A program made the translations under genes and the position numbers. This document shows positions 61,761-64,000 of a stretch of DNA of 64,000 bases, piece after piece. The stretch spans positions 928,001 through 992,000 of the forward strand of contig CBDHHL010000056.1 of NCBI GenBank assembly GCA_965263355.1. The letters are read 5' to 3'. Numbering within the stretch: position 1 is the stretch's first letter; each line of letters starts with the position of its first letter. Origin of the DNA: Leptolyngbyaceae cyanobacterium (GTDB taxonomy: Bacteria; Cyanobacteriota; Cyanobacteriia; Phormidesmidales; Phormidesmidaceae). Below the pieces are notes generated by a model. It was given only the letters and a program-made list of their open reading frames with translations, was not told where the DNA came from and searched no databases.

Positions 61761-62369
61761 ATGGTTAAACTATTGCAAGCTGGACAATCCTACACCTTTA
61801 GTAAAATCTTTGACCTCAAAATCCCGGCTGATGAATTGGCCAGTGAGTTTGGGTATACCTTTAGTCGGCAAAAATTAAAGTTAGGACGCTATCAGGGAGA
61901 ACTTGATCGAATTGTGGAATTGCAATCACGCATCGAAGAAATTTTGCCTTATGTTGATCTAGCAAACGAAACATCTCGCCGAGAAATTTTAATTTCTCGA
62001 ATTGTCTCAGAGGTAGTTCACTATACTAAAGCCCAATTGCGCATTGAGTATCCCATCAAAGTTACGGAACAATTGCAAGGGTACCTTGATTATTTATTGC
62101 GGACTCAAACAGAACTCATTGTGATTGAGGCTAAGCGCCAGGATTTAGACTATGGATTTACCCAACTGGTTGCTGAAATGATTGCCCTTGATCAATGGGA
62201 GCGTACACCCACTCAATCGTCGTTGCTAGGTGCAATCACAACAGGGTCGGTATGGCAATTTGGCGTCTTATATCGAGAGAATAAGCATATCGAAAAGGGC
62301 TTAGATAGCTACCGTGTCCCTGAAGATATAGATGACTTGATGCGGATATTAGTAGCTGCATTACCTTAA
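61761..62369 (+). CDS. PD-(D/E)XK-like hypothetical protein inserted in the cascade operon
   Basis: GYLDYLL...IVIEAKR...QLVAEM..., GAITTGSVWQF. Confidence 0.7.
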   Translation: MVKLLQAGQSYTFSKIFDLKIPADELASEFGYTFSRQKLKLGRYQGELDRIVELQSRIEEILPYVDLANETSRREILISRIVSEVVHYTKAQLRIEYPIKVTEQLQGYLDYLLRTQTELIVIEAKRQDLDYGFTQLVAEMIALDQWERTPTQSSLLGAITTGSVWQFGVLYRENKHIEKGLDSYRVPEDIDDLMRILVAALP

Positions 62370-62415
62370 CTGTGTTTTGAATGTCCAGCAAACTATTAAA
62401 CCAGGAAAATTAATT

Positions 62416-63426
62416 ATGACTTTGCTCAAAACCCTCGATTCTAAGTTTTTCCATAACGAAATTCCCTATAAACCCATGGGAAAATATGCACATTTTCTGA
62501 CTGTTCGTATCACCGAGTCTTATCCTCTATTTCAAACAGATGGAGAACTCAATAAAGCAAGGGTTCGAGCTGGAATCGTAAATGCTCAACCTGTCAGGCG
62601 ATTAAGCATGTTTAAGCGTAAACAATCAACGCCAGAACGTTTGGTAGGCAGAGAACTTTTACGTAACTATGGCTTTATGACTGCAGAAGACTGTGAGTAT
62701 AACGTCAAATTTGCCATGGATAATCCAGACTGTATTATCTATGGATTTGCCATTGGTGACTCTGGTTCAGAAAAGTCAAAGGTGGTTGTAGATACTGCTT
62801 TTTCTATTACACCCTTTGATAAATCCCATGAAACTTTTACCCTAAATGCACCATTTGAGAATGGAACAATGGCCTCTAAAGGAGAAGGTGGAGGAAAGTT
62901 AGGAGAAATTACAAATCGCATCAATCAGCAAGACCATATTCGCCCCCAGGTTTTTTTCCCAAGCATTGTCACCCTCAAAGATCCAACGGAAGCAGGCTTT
63001 TTGTATGTGTTCAACAATATCTTACGTACTCGTCATTATGGAGCTCAGACGACACGTACAGGACGGGTACGGAATGAGTTAATTGGTGTTGTTTTTGCTG
63101 ATGGTGAAATTGTTAGCAACCTGCGCTGGACTCAAGCTATCTACGATTTAATGAAAGATGGTGGCCATTTAGATATTCCAGACCCTTTAAATGAGGATGA
63201 TGTTGTACAAGCCGCTAAAGATGCGATCGCAAATCTCATGTCAGATGAATTTATTGTCCATACAGACTTTATCGGGGATGATTTTCAATCTGTACTGGAT
63301 GAAGTTAAGTCTTTAACCGGTACTGAAAAAGGTATCAAGTCAATTTTAGAAGCCGCTGATGCCGAAGCTAAAACCTATGCCTCTAAGCACATCAGTAGCA
63401 AGAAAAAAGCTGCCGCCAAGAAATAA
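62416..63426 (+). CDS. cas7d: Type I-D Cas7 (Csc2)
   Basis: FKRKQSTPERLVGRELLR, CEYN..PDCIIYGFAIG, YGAQTTRTG; start set at ATG 62416. Confidence 0.93.
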   Translation: MTLLKTLDSKFFHNEIPYKPMGKYAHFLTVRITESYPLFQTDGELNKARVRAGIVNAQPVRRLSMFKRKQSTPERLVGRELLRNYGFMTAEDCEYNVKFAMDNPDCIIYGFAIGDSGSEKSKVVVDTAFSITPFDKSHETFTLNAPFENGTMASKGEGGGKLGEITNRINQQDHIRPQVFFPSIVTLKDPTEAGFLYVFNNILRTRHYGAQTTRTGRVRNELIGVVFADGEIVSNLRWTQAIYDLMKDGGHLDIPDPLNEDDVVQAAKDAIANLMSDEFIVHTDFIGDDFQSVLDEVKSLTGTEKGIKSILEAADAEAKTYASKHISSKKKAAAKK

Positions 63427-63428
63427 TC

Positions 63429-64000
63429 ATGCCAATTATCTATCGTTGCACCCTAGAACTGCACGATAGCTTGTACTTTGCCACCCGTGAGATTGGACGG
63501 CTTTATGAAACCGAACCGATTTTGCATAATTATGCTCTTTCCTACGTTTTAGGGCTGGTGGACAACGAACAATTAGCCACTACTGTTGCTGAAGAGTACA
63601 GCTATCGTAACTTTTGTGCAGAACAAATTCCTCGATATCAGGAACAACTCACTCCCCTTACGCAGCAAGGTATCTATGTCACCCCAGCCAGGTCGCTCAC
63701 CCATACCAGTGTGCTTAATACCTGGAAGTATGCCGACAACCGCTACCACGTAGAAATGCAGGCCACTGAAAAGAACATTCCCAGTTTTGGGCGTACCAAA
63801 GAGATTGCGATTGAGAGCCAGTTTGAGTTTTTTGTGTTCTCAGAACAGACTTTGAAACTACCCCGATGGGTGCGTATCGGTAAGTGGGCCAGCAAAGCTG
63901 AGCTAACAGCTTTTGAACTCCCTAAACCACAACTCAATAAGGCGAATAAGGAGTTTACCTATGCCTATCCACTCAATCCGTTGGATGTGATGTTTACTAA
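63429..64000 (+). CDS. cas5d: Type I-D Cas5 (Csc1), truncated by the window end
   Basis: MPIIYRCTLELHDSLYFATREIGRLYETEPILHNYAL...LPRWVRIGKW; not in the ORF track. Confidence 0.9.
   Translation, partial: MPIIYRCTLELHDSLYFATREIGRLYETEPILHNYALSYVLGLVDNEQLATTVAEEYSYRNFCAEQIPRYQEQLTPLTQQGIYVTPARSLTHTSVLNTWKYADNRYHVEMQATEKNIPSFGRTKEIAIESQFEFFVFSEQTLKLPRWVRIGKWASKAELTAFELPKPQLNKANKEFTYAYPLNPLDVMFT

Overview
Cyanobacterial chromosomal region (frequent HIP1 octamers GCGATCGC, GTAG-type REP palindromes). From 1 to 40 kb it holds mixed housekeeping and accessory genes: a type II thioesterase, an FAD oxidoreductase with SLH domains, a SpoU methylase, an HK/RR/ABC trio, three tandem dCache paralogues, ndk, a PPC-repeat/RTX protein, miaB, a diflavin-reductase remnant, an Opp/Dpp-type ABC transporter with no binding-protein gene, a pullulanase and MscS. 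From 40.7 to 50.3 kb is a C-P lyase operon (phnGHIJKLM, a second phnM, a PhnZ-like HD protein and a metallophosphoesterase). It carries an inserted truncated FosA-like gene and a YHS-like gene, a Pho box and two GTCTAGAC operator-like sites. From 51 to 64 kb is a type I-D CRISPR-Cas locus (WYL regulator, YhcG-like nuclease, cas3', cas10d with probable internal cas11d, cas7d, cas5d running off the window). The most striking observation is a hidden two-repeat, one-spacer mini-CRISPR at the cas3' stop codon (56729-56841). Its spacer matches two sites in its own locus, which flank a 66-aa winged-HTH gene in inverted orientation. Site A is a GTA-PAM, seed-type partial match at 56913-56933. Site B is a PAM-less 25/29 match at 57312-57340, inside a 137-nt element closed by a perfect 12-bp inverted repeat. 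That element lies directly upstream of a frameshifted MNT antitoxin, an intact HEPN toxin and cas10d. All assignments were made by eye from motifs; no database searches were run.
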